The notes below the pieces were generated by a model. It ran no database searches, had not been told where the DNA came from, and was given only the letters and a program-made list of their open reading frames with translations. Both the position numbers and the translations under genes were made by a program. A DNA stretch of 64,000 bases from Minisyncoccia bacterium (GTDB taxonomy: Bacteria; Patescibacteriota; Minisyncoccia; Phycocordibacterales; SBAW01), in the NCBI GenBank assembly GCA_049997855.1, contig JBEKSG010000001.1, forward strand, positions 58,059-122,058, written 5' to 3'. Shown in pieces: positions 1-9,667 of this stretch. Position 1 is the first letter of the stretch, and each line of letters starts with the position of its first letter.

Positions 1-1372
1 GGTCGGGGATCCAGGCGGCCGTGTTGAGGTCGTGCGTACGGCGGCGTTCGTCGCCGGTGTTTTTGCGAAGCTCGATAAAGTCTTCGATGTCGGCATGCCA
101 ATACTCGAGGTATACCGCGGCAGCGCCGCGGCGGCGGCCCGAGCGGTTGATGGAGATGGTAACGTCGTTGGCGATTTTAAGAAACGGGATGACCCCCTGG
201 CTCTCCACGCCGGTGCTTTTAACAATGGAACCGGTTGCACGCACGGGCGTCCAGTCGATGCCGAGGCCGCCCGCATATTTAAGGAGTTGCGCGCCATCGG
301 AGTAGTTTTTAAATATTGCATGGAGGTCGTCCGGCACCGTGGAGAGAAAGCACGACGAGAGCTGTGCGCGCACGAGCCCCGAGTGATAGAGCGTGGGGGA
401 GGACGGCGTGTAATACATCGTACTCATGACCTCGTAAAACTCAACAGCATAGCGGTTGCGCTCTTCCGGAGTTTTCTCGGCCAAGGCAATGCCCATCGCT
501 ATACGCATCCAAAAGATTTGCGGCGTCTCGAGGAGCTTGCGATTGCGGTGCTCTTTGGAAAGATAGTTGCTTTGCAATGTTTGAAGGCCGAGATACTTAA
601 ACTCATGATCGCGCTCGAGCGCGAGTGCGTCGGCTAAACGCGGCAAATCAAACTGTGCCATCTCCGGGTTAAATTGTCCGAGCTGCACGCCGCGCTTGAT
701 GGTTTGTATAAACGCATCTTTTTGTGCTTCCTCAATTTTTGCAGGTTCATGCTTGCCAAATACCTGGCTATACATCGATTGCAAAAGCAGACGAGCCGCC
801 ACCGTGGAGTGCGCCGGGTCGCGCTCGATCATCGAGCGCACCACCATAATGAGCACCTCGTGTATGTCTTTGGTAGAGATGCCTTCGTAGAGCTCGGTGC
901 GCACGCGGCTGACGATTGCCGGCACATCGACAACAGCCTCAAAGCCGCGCGCGGCGCGCAACAGCGTGCGCGTGAGCTTTGCTTCGCTAAAATACTCTTT
1001 GGTGCCTTCTTTTTTAGTGACAAGGAGCGCGTTTTCTCCTATTTTTTCGGCAATTTCCTGCTTTTTTTCTTCGCGCTTTTTTTCGTGCTCGTACCGGTAT
1101 ATGATGTAGTCTTTGGCGACGTTAAAATAGCCGCGCTCCATGAGCGCCGTTTCAACCAAGTCCTGAATATCCTCGACGCCCGGCACAAACGCCGTATTGC
1201 CAAACTTAAGGTCGATAGCGTCGACTACCGCGCGCATGATGTCCGAGGCATCGGCGTTGTGGGAGTCGCCGAGCACCGCGGCAAACGCTTTTTGGACAGC
1301 GATAGTTATTTTAACGGGGTCAAAGTCTGCTATCTCGCCGTTGCGCTTTTTAATCTTTTGCGTAATTGCCAT
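1..1372 (-). CDS. nrdA: Ribonucleoside-diphosphate reductase class Ia alpha subunit with two N-terminal ATP-cones (partial, runs off left edge)
   Basis: Own translation from ATG at 1372: MAITQKIKKRNGEIADFDPVKI (ATP-cone), a second cone (VTKKEGTKEYFSEAKL), then ETPQIFWMRIAMG, PSSPTLYHSG..QLSSCF, YLEYWHADIEDF, GDERRRTHDLNTAAWIPD. Absent from the ORF track because it has no stop in the window. Confidence 0.95.
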   Translation of the reverse strand, partial: MAITQKIKKRNGEIADFDPVKITIAVQKAFAAVLGDSHNADASDIMRAVVDAIDLKFGNTAFVPGVEDIQDLVETALMERGYFNVAKDYIIYRYEHEKKREEKKQEIAEKIGENALLVTKKEGTKEYFSEAKLTRTLLRAARGFEAVVDVPAIVSRVRTELYEGISTKDIHEVLIMVVRSMIERDPAHSTVAARLLLQSMYSQVFGKHEPAKIEEAQKDAFIQTIKRGVQLGQFNPEMAQFDLPRLADALALERDHEFKYLGLQTLQSNYLSKEHRNRKLLETPQIFWMRIAMGIALAEKTPEERNRYAVEFYEVMSTMYYTPSSPTLYHSGLVRAQLSSCFLSTVPDDLHAIFKNYSDGAQLLKYAGGLGIDWTPVRATGSIVKSTGVESQGVIPFLKIANDVTISINRSGRRRGAAAVYLEYWHADIEDFIELRKNTGDERRRTHDLNTAAWIPD

Positions 1373-1667
1373 ACCCAGTTCATATTATTGTAGTAATAGG
1401 TGTTAAAAAATTTAAAAAGGTTTGGCGTCTCAACGGGTCGGTTTTTGATTTTTGAGACGGATGTCAATTATACCTTTTTGAAGGATTAAATTCTGTGTAT
1501 AAGCCAGTCGGCAATGTTTTTGCAAAAAATCAACACTTATTTTGCAAAACGAGCACCGGCAAGCATGTTTTGAGTGATTTTTGTATGAATGTAGCCTAAA
1601 AATAACCCTCATTTTCCCACCAAAAACGCTCTAGGCGCCTTTTTCTTTTACAAATCTGTTGTAAAAT

Positions 1668-2174
1668 ATGCTTATGGAAACACACCACCAGAGCGATGGG
1701 CAAAATTTTTGGAACTTTATTTTTTCTATTCTTTTTATTGCAGTACTCGCGGGTTCTCTATGGCTCATGAAGGCGGTGCGCGGCGGCTATCTCGTTTCCG
1801 TGCCGCCGTTTGACGCGCTCCTCATGGCGCTCGCGTCGTTTCGCATTACGCGCCTCGTCGTATACGACAAAATCAGCCGCTGGTTTCGCGATTTGTTTCA
1901 ACATGCCGAGACAGGAGTCATGCGCACAATACGAGACCTCCTCGGTTGTCCGTGGTGCATCGGATTTTGGTCGGCGCTCGTGATTGTCGTAGGATATTTT
2001 ATCTTTCCATGGGCATGGTCGGTCATCTTCTTTTTGGCAGTGGCCGGCGTGGGCTCGCTTATACAGCTCTATGCCAACCAGATAGGCTGGCGCGCCGAAA
2101 ATTTAAAGCTCGATGCTCAAGAAAAAGAGGAGTGCCTGAGGGCGGAGATAGACCGCACCTCGCTCGGCAACTAG
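1668..2174 (+). CDS. DUF1360-like membrane protein
   Basis: RITRLVVYDKI and LLGCPWCIGFW motifs with TM segments. Confidence 0.75.
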   Translation: MLMETHHQSDGQNFWNFIFSILFIAVLAGSLWLMKAVRGGYLVSVPPFDALLMALASFRITRLVVYDKISRWFRDLFQHAETGVMRTIRDLLGCPWCIGFWSALVIVVGYFIFPWAWSVIFFLAVAGVGSLIQLYANQIGWRAENLKLDAQEKEECLRAEIDRTSLGN

Positions 2175-2180
2175 CACTAC

Positions 2181-2660
2181 CTAAAACCGGATTGGTATAT
2201 CAAGCTCTTTTTGCTTTGCCGGGTCGCCCGATGGATTGTCGTTTTTTAGCACCAACGTGCCGGTAGAGCCTGTCGGCTGGGCGGGGAAGGTGAGCGTTGC
2301 AGTAAACGGCACAAAGTCGGCGGTCGTCCAATCACTCTCAGCTTGGCCTTGACCTTGTGCTATCACCGTACCCGCGGCGTCTTTTAAGGTAATAGGAAAA
2401 ACTGCTTCAAAGTACCACGTGCCGCGTGCTTTTCCTATAATAGTGATTGTTGTTGAGCTGAGTGTAGAGTTTGGAAGCGGAGAAGTTACAACAATTAAAT
2501 CATCAAAAGATGCAGCTGCGGTAGGAGTGGTGGTACTCGTATTGCCAAAGTTTTGGGTAGGAGCCTCGGCCACTTTAGGTCCGGGGATAAAAATAAGAGC
2601 CAATATTCCAAGGACAATAACAATAAAAAGGCATATAACGATAATCCATCCTTTTTCCAT
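2181..2660 (-). CDS. Membrane-anchored Gmad2 Ig-like domain protein
   Basis: N-terminal TM; GKARGTWYFEAVFP, DWTTADFVPF and NPSG motifs. Confidence 0.8.
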   Translation of the reverse strand: MEKGWIIVICLFIVIVLGILALIFIPGPKVAEAPTQNFGNTSTTTPTAAASFDDLIVVTSPLPNSTLSSTTITIIGKARGTWYFEAVFPITLKDAAGTVIAQGQGQAESDWTTADFVPFTATLTFPAQPTGSTGTLVLKNDNPSGDPAKQKELDIPIRF

Positions 2661-2704
2661 GCGTACACTATAACATTCGTATGTTTTTGCGGTAGACTAA
2701 CCAT

Positions 2705-3901
2705 ATGGCGTCTCGTACGCATATTTTTGTACTCGGCCTCTGCGCTCTTTTATGTGCAGGGATGGGCAGTTTTGCAATACCAGCGCATGCACAAGACTCC
2801 AGCACCAGCCAGGGAGACCAAACGCAAGCAACCTCCGACGGCCTCAACGATGTTGTTACCTACGTTAAAGCGCAGGTAACGCAAGTATTGAGCCAAACCA
2901 CCAAAATAATTCCCGGCACGGACACCAGCTCGCCGTACCAAACTATCAAGGCAAAACTGCTCGACGGCCCCGACGCAGGACAAGTGATTGAAGTCGACAA
3001 CGACTACCTGATGATGAAGCCGGGCGACGTGTTTTATTTTAGGCATACGGTCAACACGGGCGAGGGCATCGACTTTTACTCGGTGTCCGATCCGTACCGC
3101 CTGCCGGTGTTGGAGTTTTTAATCGCGCTGTTTGTCGTTTTTCTTTTTATCATCGGCGGCAAGCAAGGGATACGCGGCCTTTTGGCGCTTATCGCGAGCT
3201 TCTTTTTTATCGGTTACCTGCTTTTGCCCGGCATTTTGCACGGCTACTCGCCAATTGTAGTGAGCGTATGCGTGTCGTCGCTCATTATTATATTGGGCTC
3301 CTACATAACGCACGGATTTAATCGCGCCACCACTGCGGCTGTTATCGGTATGATAGCCACGATTATCGTGACCGGCCTGTTGGCTTATCTGTCGATACAC
3401 TCCGCGCACCTCTCTGGCTTTACCAGCGAGGAAGCGACCTATCTCAACTTTGACACGCGCGGCTCGATCGATTTTGTCGGACTTTTGCTTGGGAGCATGA
3501 TGATAGGCCTCCTTGGCGTGCTCTACGATGCGGCCATTAGCCAGGCCGTGGCCGTGGAGGAGCTCTTTGCTATGGGCGCAAACAATGAGGAACATGCGCA
3601 TTCTCGCCATGTGTTTGTACGCGCGATGCGCATCGGTCGCGAACACATCGGTGCGTTGGTAAACACGCTAGCAATTACCTATGTGGGTGCGTCGCTTCCG
3701 CTCATTTTGCTTTTTGAAGAATCAAATTTAAATTTGTGGGTCACGGTCAACCAGGAAGTGTTTGCCACCGAGATAGTGCGCATGATGATAGGCTCGATTG
3801 GCCTCATCCTCGCGGTGCCTGTTACCACCGCGGTGGCAGTGTATATGCTCGCAGGAAAAAAGATACCTCTCAGTGCTATCCACAAAGGCCACCATCACTA
3901 A
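2705..3901 (+). CDS. YibE/F family membrane protein with His-rich tail
   Basis: GVLYDAAISQA, IGREHIGALVNTL, YVGASLP, EIVRMMIGSIGL; ends HKGHHH. Confidence 0.9.
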   Translation: MASRTHIFVLGLCALLCAGMGSFAIPAHAQDSSTSQGDQTQATSDGLNDVVTYVKAQVTQVLSQTTKIIPGTDTSSPYQTIKAKLLDGPDAGQVIEVDNDYLMMKPGDVFYFRHTVNTGEGIDFYSVSDPYRLPVLEFLIALFVVFLFIIGGKQGIRGLLALIASFFFIGYLLLPGILHGYSPIVVSVCVSSLIIILGSYITHGFNRATTAAVIGMIATIIVTGLLAYLSIHSAHLSGFTSEEATYLNFDTRGSIDFVGLLLGSMMIGLLGVLYDAAISQAVAVEELFAMGANNEEHAHSRHVFVRAMRIGREHIGALVNTLAITYVGASLPLILLFEESNLNLWVTVNQEVFATEIVRMMIGSIGLILAVPVTTAVAVYMLAGKKIPLSAIHKGHHH

Positions 3902-3920
3902 TTGCAACTTATTTGCGTTT
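3900..3920. promoter_or_regulatory. Candidate Fur-family operator (imperfect palindrome AATTGCAACTTATTTGCGTTT)
   Basis: Imperfect inverted repeat TGCAA-N5-TTGCG just upstream of the Fur-family start codon at 3938. Confidence 0.4.
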
Positions 3921-3937
3921 GTGATAAGGTAAAGGCA

Positions 3938-4369
3938 ATGAAGAAGGCCACGGTAGATTTAAAAGCGGCGCTTAAGGGAGCGGGGTTTAAAGCGACGCCT
4001 GGACGTTTACAGCTTTTGGAGCTTTTAGCTCACACCGATGAGCCTTTAAGCGTGCTCAAAATCCAAAAAAGGCTTGGTAAAAAGCTCAATGAAGTGACGC
4101 TATACCGCGCGCTCGAGGCTTTTACAGCAGCTGGTTTGGTACGCCGTGTCGACTTAGGCCACGACCACGCGCATTACGAGCTTGCACTCGGCCGTGCGCA
4201 TCACGACCATCTCGTGTGCACTAAATGCGGAGCGATAGAAGATATCGAAGGTTGTGCGCTTGTGCCGCTTCAAAAAAAGACACTCAAGCGGTCGCATTTT
4301 AAAAGCATTTACTCGCATAATTTGGAGTTTTTCGGCCTGTGCCGAGCATGCTCGAAGTACTATGAATAG
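3938..4369 (+). CDS. zur: Fur-family transcriptional regulator (Zur-like)
   Basis: TLYRAL HTH, HHDHLVCTKCG and C-terminal CRAC; heads a metal ABC operon. Confidence 0.85.
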   Translation: MKKATVDLKAALKGAGFKATPGRLQLLELLAHTDEPLSVLKIQKRLGKKLNEVTLYRALEAFTAAGLVRRVDLGHDHAHYELALGRAHHDHLVCTKCGAIEDIEGCALVPLQKKTLKRSHFKSIYSHNLEFFGLCRACSKYYE

Positions 4370-5291
4370 AAACTGGCTTGTTGGAATCGTAGTCATTATT
4401 GTTCTCGTTACCGGCGGTTTTCTTATCTTTAGACGTGCCCCTGCGCCTAACGGCGGAGCGGCATCAAGTGGCGTTGTGCAAGTAGTTGCGGCGGAAAATT
4501 TTTGGGGCAGTATCGTATCGCAAATCGGCGGCGCGCACGTACAAGTTTTGAGTATCGTCTCAGACCCTAATGCCGACCCGCATGAGTACGAAAGCAATGC
4601 GAGCAACGCACGCGCGGTCTCTAATGCCGCTTATGTGATTGAAAACGGCGTCGGATACGACAGCTGGATGGACAAACTGTTATCCGCCGGTGGCAGCAAT
4701 CCCAACCGCAAAGTATTAAACGTGGGCCAGCTTGTCGGCAAACAGGAAGGCGACAATCCGCACCTCTGGTATAACCCTGTGTACGTCAACCAAGCCGCCG
4801 CGCAAATGGAGCAAGACTTAATCACAATTGACCCTTCCGACAAAGCGGATTTTGAGAAAAATTACCAAACATTGCAGTCCAACTTGGCTGAATACCAAAA
4901 CCGCATCGTTTCTATTAAGCAACAATATGCCGGCACCAACGTTGCCGCGACCGAAGATATTTTTGCTTATCTTGCCGCGGCAGCCGGGCTCAACCTCATC
5001 TCTCCTCCCGCATTCATTGAGGCAGTTGCCGAAGGCAATGACCCGCCTGCTCAAAGCGTCGTTGAGTTTGAAAATCAATTGAAAGCAAAAGAACCGGTAG
5101 TGCTTGTGTACAATGAACAAACAGTGACGCCTTTGACCGAGAACGTCAAAGCGCTCGCGGCGCAGGAGAATATTCCAGTCATCGGCGTTACCGAAACTAT
5201 CCAACCGCCGGATGCGACGTTCGAGGAATGGATGAACGCCGAGCTGATTGATCTGCAGAACGCTCTTAATGCAAACGTACTGGGACAATAA
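4362..5291 (+). CDS. znuA: Zn/Mn ABC transporter substrate-binding protein
   Basis: DPHEYE and NPHLWY motifs; N-terminal anchor; start ATG overlaps the zur stop. Confidence 0.9.
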   Translation: MNRNWLVGIVVIIVLVTGGFLIFRRAPAPNGGAASSGVVQVVAAENFWGSIVSQIGGAHVQVLSIVSDPNADPHEYESNASNARAVSNAAYVIENGVGYDSWMDKLLSAGGSNPNRKVLNVGQLVGKQEGDNPHLWYNPVYVNQAAAQMEQDLITIDPSDKADFEKNYQTLQSNLAEYQNRIVSIKQQYAGTNVAATEDIFAYLAAAAGLNLISPPAFIEAVAEGNDPPAQSVVEFENQLKAKEPVVLVYNEQTVTPLTENVKALAAQENIPVIGVTETIQPPDATFEEWMNAELIDLQNALNANVLGQ

Positions 5292-5295
5292 CAAC

Positions 5296-6081
5296 ATGAA
5301 CGAACCAGTTATTACCGCAAAAAATTTAGCGGGAGGATATGCGAGTGTCCTCATATGGAAGAATGCAAGCTTCTCAATACATAAAGGTGAGTTTGTTGCG
5401 GTACTGGGGCCCAACGGCGCCGGCAAGACGACGCTGTTTCGACTTTTGCTTGGATTGGTTCAGCCTTTACAAGGCACTCTTTCCATTTTGGGTAGAAGTC
5501 CTACGCGCGGCAATCCGCGCATCGGCTACGTGCCCCAGCGTCATCACATAGACAGCGAAACAACCATCGAGGCTCTTGAGTTGGTGCGCCTCGGGGTTGA
5601 TGGCAATCATTGGGGTGTTGAAATCTCTGCCGATGCAAAAACGGAGGCTCTTGCCGCCCTTAAAACTGTTGGGGCGGAGGCATTAGCGCATCGACCGCTA
5701 GGCGCCCTCTCCGGCGGCGAGCTCCAGCGCATTTTCCTCGCTCAAGCATTAGTCGGCAAACCAGACCTGCTGTTGCTCGATGAGCCGCTTGCCAATCTCG
5801 ATATCCGCAGAGAGTCAAATTTTGTGCAGCTTATCAACAACGTCGTGCGCTCGCAAGGCGTTACGGTTTTGCTTATTGCACACAACATTAATCCGCTGTT
5901 CCCAGTGCTCGACCGCGTGATGTATGTGGCAAACGGCCATATCGCTACGGGCAAGCCGCATGAAGTGCTGACTTCCGAATCATTAAGCAAGCTGTACGAT
6001 ACACAGGTCGAAGTACTGCGAGACTCGCGCGGCAGGATAGCTATCGTCGGTACCGAAGAACCCGCGCACCACCATGAATAA
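5296..6081 (+). CDS. znuC: Metal ABC transporter ATPase
   Basis: GPNGAGKTT, LSGGELQR, LLLLDEP. Confidence 0.9.
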   Translation: MNEPVITAKNLAGGYASVLIWKNASFSIHKGEFVAVLGPNGAGKTTLFRLLLGLVQPLQGTLSILGRSPTRGNPRIGYVPQRHHIDSETTIEALELVRLGVDGNHWGVEISADAKTEALAALKTVGAEALAHRPLGALSGGELQRIFLAQALVGKPDLLLLDEPLANLDIRRESNFVQLINNVVRSQGVTVLLIAHNINPLFPVLDRVMYVANGHIATGKPHEVLTSESLSKLYDTQVEVLRDSRGRIAIVGTEEPAHHHE

Positions 6082-6919
6082 CGTAACGTTCAGCTTCAAC
6101 ATCATAGGCGATCTGCAAAACATGCTGCAGTACGATTTCATGTTGCATGCGTTTGAGGCGGGAACAATAGTTGCTATTGTCGCCGGTGTTGTCGGCTACT
6201 TCGTCGTATTGCGGCGCTCGTCGTTTGCGGCGCACGCACTTTCACACATCGGTTTTGCCGGAGCGGCAGGAGCCGTGCTTTTTGGCTTCAGTCCGCTTCT
6301 GGGGCTTTTGGCATTTACCACCGGAGGCGGCGTTGTTATGGCGACACTCGGTCGCAAAGCGGCAAGCCGCGATGTACAAATCGGGACAGTGTTGGCTTTT
6401 ATGCTCGGTCTCGGTGTTTTGTTTATCAGCCTGTACTCCGGCTACGCCACCGAAGCGTATTCGCTTCTTTTTGGCGAGATTTTGGGTATCAGCAGTACGG
6501 ATGTGCTGGTAACGCTTATCGCGGGGCTTATATTGCTTGCGGCAGTAGCCGTTTTGTATCGGCCACTGTTATTTACTTCGCTCGATGAAGATGTCGCTGA
6601 AGCAAAAGGGGTATCAATTTTCTGGCTTGGCGTTGCATTCATGATTTTGGTTGCAGTTGCAACCTCTATTGCGGTGCAGGTGGTGGGCGTACTGCTCATA
6701 TTTGCGCTCATGGTCACGCCCGCCGCTATAGCAGAGCGGATAGCTCGCCGCCCCGCTCAAGGCATAGCGATATCGATAGGCGTCGCCTTGCTTGCGACAT
6801 GGTTTGGGCTTTTTATTTCGTTTTATCTACCCTATCCGGTAAGCTTCTTTATCACGACTATAACATTTGCTATGTATCTCATAGTGCGTTTTTACAGAGG
6901 TTATTTTTACAGAGGTTAA
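6074..6919 (+). CDS. znuB: Metal ABC transporter permease
   Basis: HALSHIGFAG, LLFGEILG, DEDVAEAKG; multiple TMs. Confidence 0.9.
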   Translation: MNNVTFSFNIIGDLQNMLQYDFMLHAFEAGTIVAIVAGVVGYFVVLRRSSFAAHALSHIGFAGAAGAVLFGFSPLLGLLAFTTGGGVVMATLGRKAASRDVQIGTVLAFMLGLGVLFISLYSGYATEAYSLLFGEILGISSTDVLVTLIAGLILLAAVAVLYRPLLFTSLDEDVAEAKGVSIFWLGVAFMILVAVATSIAVQVVGVLLIFALMVTPAAIAERIARRPAQGIAISIGVALLATWFGLFISFYLPYPVSFFITTITFAMYLIVRFYRGYFYRG

Positions 6920-6955
6920 ACCTTCGTTACAACTTACGAAGGTTTAACCTCCGTA
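6908..6955. repeat. REP-like inverted doublet (two copies of the 21-bp palindrome, REPIN-like)
   Basis: tacagaggttaaaccttcgtt (6908-6928) and tacgaaggtttaacctccgta (6935-6955); 16-bp perfect inverted repeat between the copies. Confidence 0.85.
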
Positions 6956-6997
6956 GAGACTAGACAGAGAAAGGCTTTTTGGTATAACGGGCGCACT

Positions 6998-8164
6998 ATG
7001 AAACTTGCCTCTGCTCTCGAGGTCAAAACAGCTGCGCCTGTACCTGAGCATGAAGCAAGGATATCCGTCATCGCATTGGTTGACGATATCCTTGCTGAGG
7101 CACACCGACTCGGCGCCTCCGACATACACATCGATCCGCTCCCGCACACGGTGCGCATGCGCCTGCGCGTTGACGGTGTCTTGCATGACACGCGCGAGTT
7201 TCCCAAAAATATCCATCCCGAGGTGATAGCGCGCATCAAAGTGCTCTCGCGCCTCCGCACCGACGAGCATGCCGCCGGCCAGGACGGCCGCTTTCGTTTT
7301 GAAGTGCAAGGCGAGTGCGTCGACGTGCGCGTTTCTATTATGCCCACGTACCACGGCGAAAACGCGGTCTTGCGCTTGCTGTGCGCAAAAGCAAAACAAT
7401 ACTCGCTTGCCGACTTGGGTTTTACCTCGCGTAATCGGGAAAAAATAACGAATGCGATACAAAAACCCGGCGGCATGGTGCTCGCTACCGGCCCAACCGG
7501 GAGCGGCAAAACCACCACGCTCTATACGCTCTTAGATTTGCTTAACTCTAACGAGGTTTCCATCGTCACGATTGAAGACCCGATAGAATATGCCATCGAG
7601 GGTATTGAGCAAATCCAAGTTAATCCGCGCGCCGGGCTCGCATTTGCAAACGGATTGCGCTCAATGTTGCGCCAAGACCCCAACATCATCATGGTGGGCG
7701 AAATACGCGACGCCGAAACGGCGGCTATCGCGGTTAATACCGCGCTGACCGGACATCTTTTGCTCTCGACGCTCCACACCAACGACGCAGCCACGACACT
7801 CCCGCGCCTCCTCGATATGGGCATCGACGCCTATTTGGTGGCGTCGACCATCAATCTCGCTATAGGCCAGCGACTGGTGCGCAACATTTGTGCACACTGC
7901 AAACGGCGCATGCGTGACGGCTCATATAAAGGAACAGGATGCGACGAGTGCGGCGGGAGTGGTTACAAAGGGCGTGTGTGCATAAACGAGGTGCTCGTTG
8001 CGGACGAGCTCTTGCGCGAGGCCATCGTGCACAAAGCCTCTGCCGCGGAGCTCCGGAGCATTGCGATTGCAAACGGCATGGTTACCATGCAAGAAGATGG
8101 TTTTGCAAAAGCAAAAAACGGAGAAACAACACTTGAGGAAGTATTGCGCGTCGTCCGCGAATAA
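6998..8164 (+). CDS. pilB: Type IV pilus/T2SS assembly ATPase (PilB/GspE family), short form
   Basis: ASDIHIDP, GPTGSGKTTT, TIEDPIE, LRQDPNIIMVGEIRD, TLHTND, two CxxC. Confidence 0.92.
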   Translation: MKLASALEVKTAAPVPEHEARISVIALVDDILAEAHRLGASDIHIDPLPHTVRMRLRVDGVLHDTREFPKNIHPEVIARIKVLSRLRTDEHAAGQDGRFRFEVQGECVDVRVSIMPTYHGENAVLRLLCAKAKQYSLADLGFTSRNREKITNAIQKPGGMVLATGPTGSGKTTTLYTLLDLLNSNEVSIVTIEDPIEYAIEGIEQIQVNPRAGLAFANGLRSMLRQDPNIIMVGEIRDAETAAIAVNTALTGHLLLSTLHTNDAATTLPRLLDMGIDAYLVASTINLAIGQRLVRNICAHCKRRMRDGSYKGTGCDECGGSGYKGRVCINEVLVADELLREAIVHKASAAELRSIAIANGMVTMQEDGFAKAKNGETTLEEVLRVVRE

Positions 8165-8169
8165 CCGGC

Positions 8170-9210
8170 ATGCATATGAAAGAACAAATTTTTTTATGCA
8201 AGCGCTTGGCCTATTTGATGAACGCCAATATTTCTTTGGTGGAGAGTCTCGAGATACTGCGCGCACAAGCAGGGGGGCGGAAGCCTCATGCGCTGTTTGA
8301 CCGGATGCTGATTGAAGTGCAAGAAGGGCGCGCGCTTTCGCAGGCCTTTAGCGCGTTTCCGCGTGTGTTTGGCGAATTTTGCGTTTCGATGATACAGGTG
8401 GGCGAGCGCAGCGGTACGCTCCCCGCCGCTCTCGAGCATGTGGCGGTCGAACTTGCAAAAAAGCAGCAGCTCCGTTCAAAAGTGTTGGGCGCTTTTATTT
8501 ATCCGGCAGTTATCGCCCTGGCAACACTCGGCATCACTGTCTTTTTGATGCTGTTTTTGTTTCCTAAAATAATGCCGATATTTAAAAGCCTCCACGCTGA
8601 GCTGCCGATGAGTACGCGCGTGGTGGTTGCCGCAAGTTCTTTTCTCTTGCACGATTGGCTCTTGTTATTGGCAGGCATCGCGCTTGTTGTGGCGGGAGGC
8701 GTTGTTGCGTATACGCGCAATGCGCGCGTGCGGCTCGCGTTTGAGCGCGCATTGCTCATGACGCCCGCGTTTGGCTCGATGCTCAAGAGCTACTATGTTT
8801 CAAACGCAAGCCGCATGCTCGGACTGCTTTTGCAAAGCGGTATGACGCTCCAGGATGCGGTGGTTGTCGCAGCGGAGGCGACCCGCAATCTGGTGTACAA
8901 GCGCGAGCTTGTGGCGCTTAGTGCGGTGGTAGCGCGCGGCGAGTTGTTATCAACTCATCTAGCCGCGCGCGCCGCATACTTCCCGCCGCTCTGTTCGCAC
9001 ATGGTAGCGGTGGGCGAGCGGAGCGGGACGCTCCCCGAAGCGCTCGGTTATGTGGCCGACCTTTACGGCGGCGAGGTCGACGAGCGCGCCAAAATACTCT
9101 CCGCGCTTGTCGAGCCGGTGCTCATGGTGTGCATGGGGCTCCTGGTTGGATTTATTGCTGTCTCCATCATCACTCCTATTTATGGCATCACGCAAAATCT
9201 CCATACCTAA
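8170..9210 (+). CDS. pilC: Type IV pilus platform protein (PilC/GspF family)
   Basis: Two GERSGTL repeats, AFIYP and LVEP motifs. Confidence 0.9.
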   Translation: MHMKEQIFLCKRLAYLMNANISLVESLEILRAQAGGRKPHALFDRMLIEVQEGRALSQAFSAFPRVFGEFCVSMIQVGERSGTLPAALEHVAVELAKKQQLRSKVLGAFIYPAVIALATLGITVFLMLFLFPKIMPIFKSLHAELPMSTRVVVAASSFLLHDWLLLLAGIALVVAGGVVAYTRNARVRLAFERALLMTPAFGSMLKSYYVSNASRMLGLLLQSGMTLQDAVVVAAEATRNLVYKRELVALSAVVARGELLSTHLAARAAYFPPLCSHMVAVGERSGTLPEALGYVADLYGGEVDERAKILSALVEPVLMVCMGLLVGFIAVSIITPIYGITQNLHT

Positions 9211-9667
9211 CAAACACGTGCGCGGATTTACACTCATTGAAGTGCTCGTGGTGCTGGGGATGTTCGCATTAGTTGGCGGATGTTCGCTCGTGATAGGTAT
9301 GGAAAGTTATCGGAGCGGTTCTCTCGCCGATGATCAGGCGTCGCTTGTCTCCGCGCTCCAAGAGGCAAGGAGCCAGGCCATAAGTGCCGTGTGCATCGGC
9401 AGTGCTTGCACGGCCGGGATGCCGCACGGCGTGCATATTACCCGGAAGCAGTTAGTGATTTTTCAAGGCGCTATATATAACGTCAACGACGACACCAATG
9501 ACTATATCCCTCTGCAAGACGCCGCACTTGCGACAAGCGGTTTGAACGACGTGGTATTTGCCGAATATTCGGGCGATGCAAACCCGCCCGGAGATATCGT
9601 CATGTCTGACGGAGCGGAACGTGTTGCCACAACCTCGATAGGCGCCGACGGGCAAATAGTATGGTAG
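9182..9667 (+). CDS. Minor prepilin (FimT/GspH-like)
   Basis: RGFTLIEVLVV class III signal; ATG at 9182. Confidence 0.85.
   Translation: MASRKISIPNKHVRGFTLIEVLVVLGMFALVGGCSLVIGMESYRSGSLADDQASLVSALQEARSQAISAVCIGSACTAGMPHGVHITRKQLVIFQGAIYNVNDDTNDYIPLQDAALATSGLNDVVFAEYSGDANPPGDIVMSDGAERVATTSIGADGQIVW

Noticed and set aside
21-1406. Plus-strand ORFs of 201 and 239 aa
   Set aside because: Antisense to nrdA, which the track missed because it is open at the window edge.
1373-1667. NrdR boxes upstream of nrdA
   Set aside because: No convincing tandem match to the consensus by eye.
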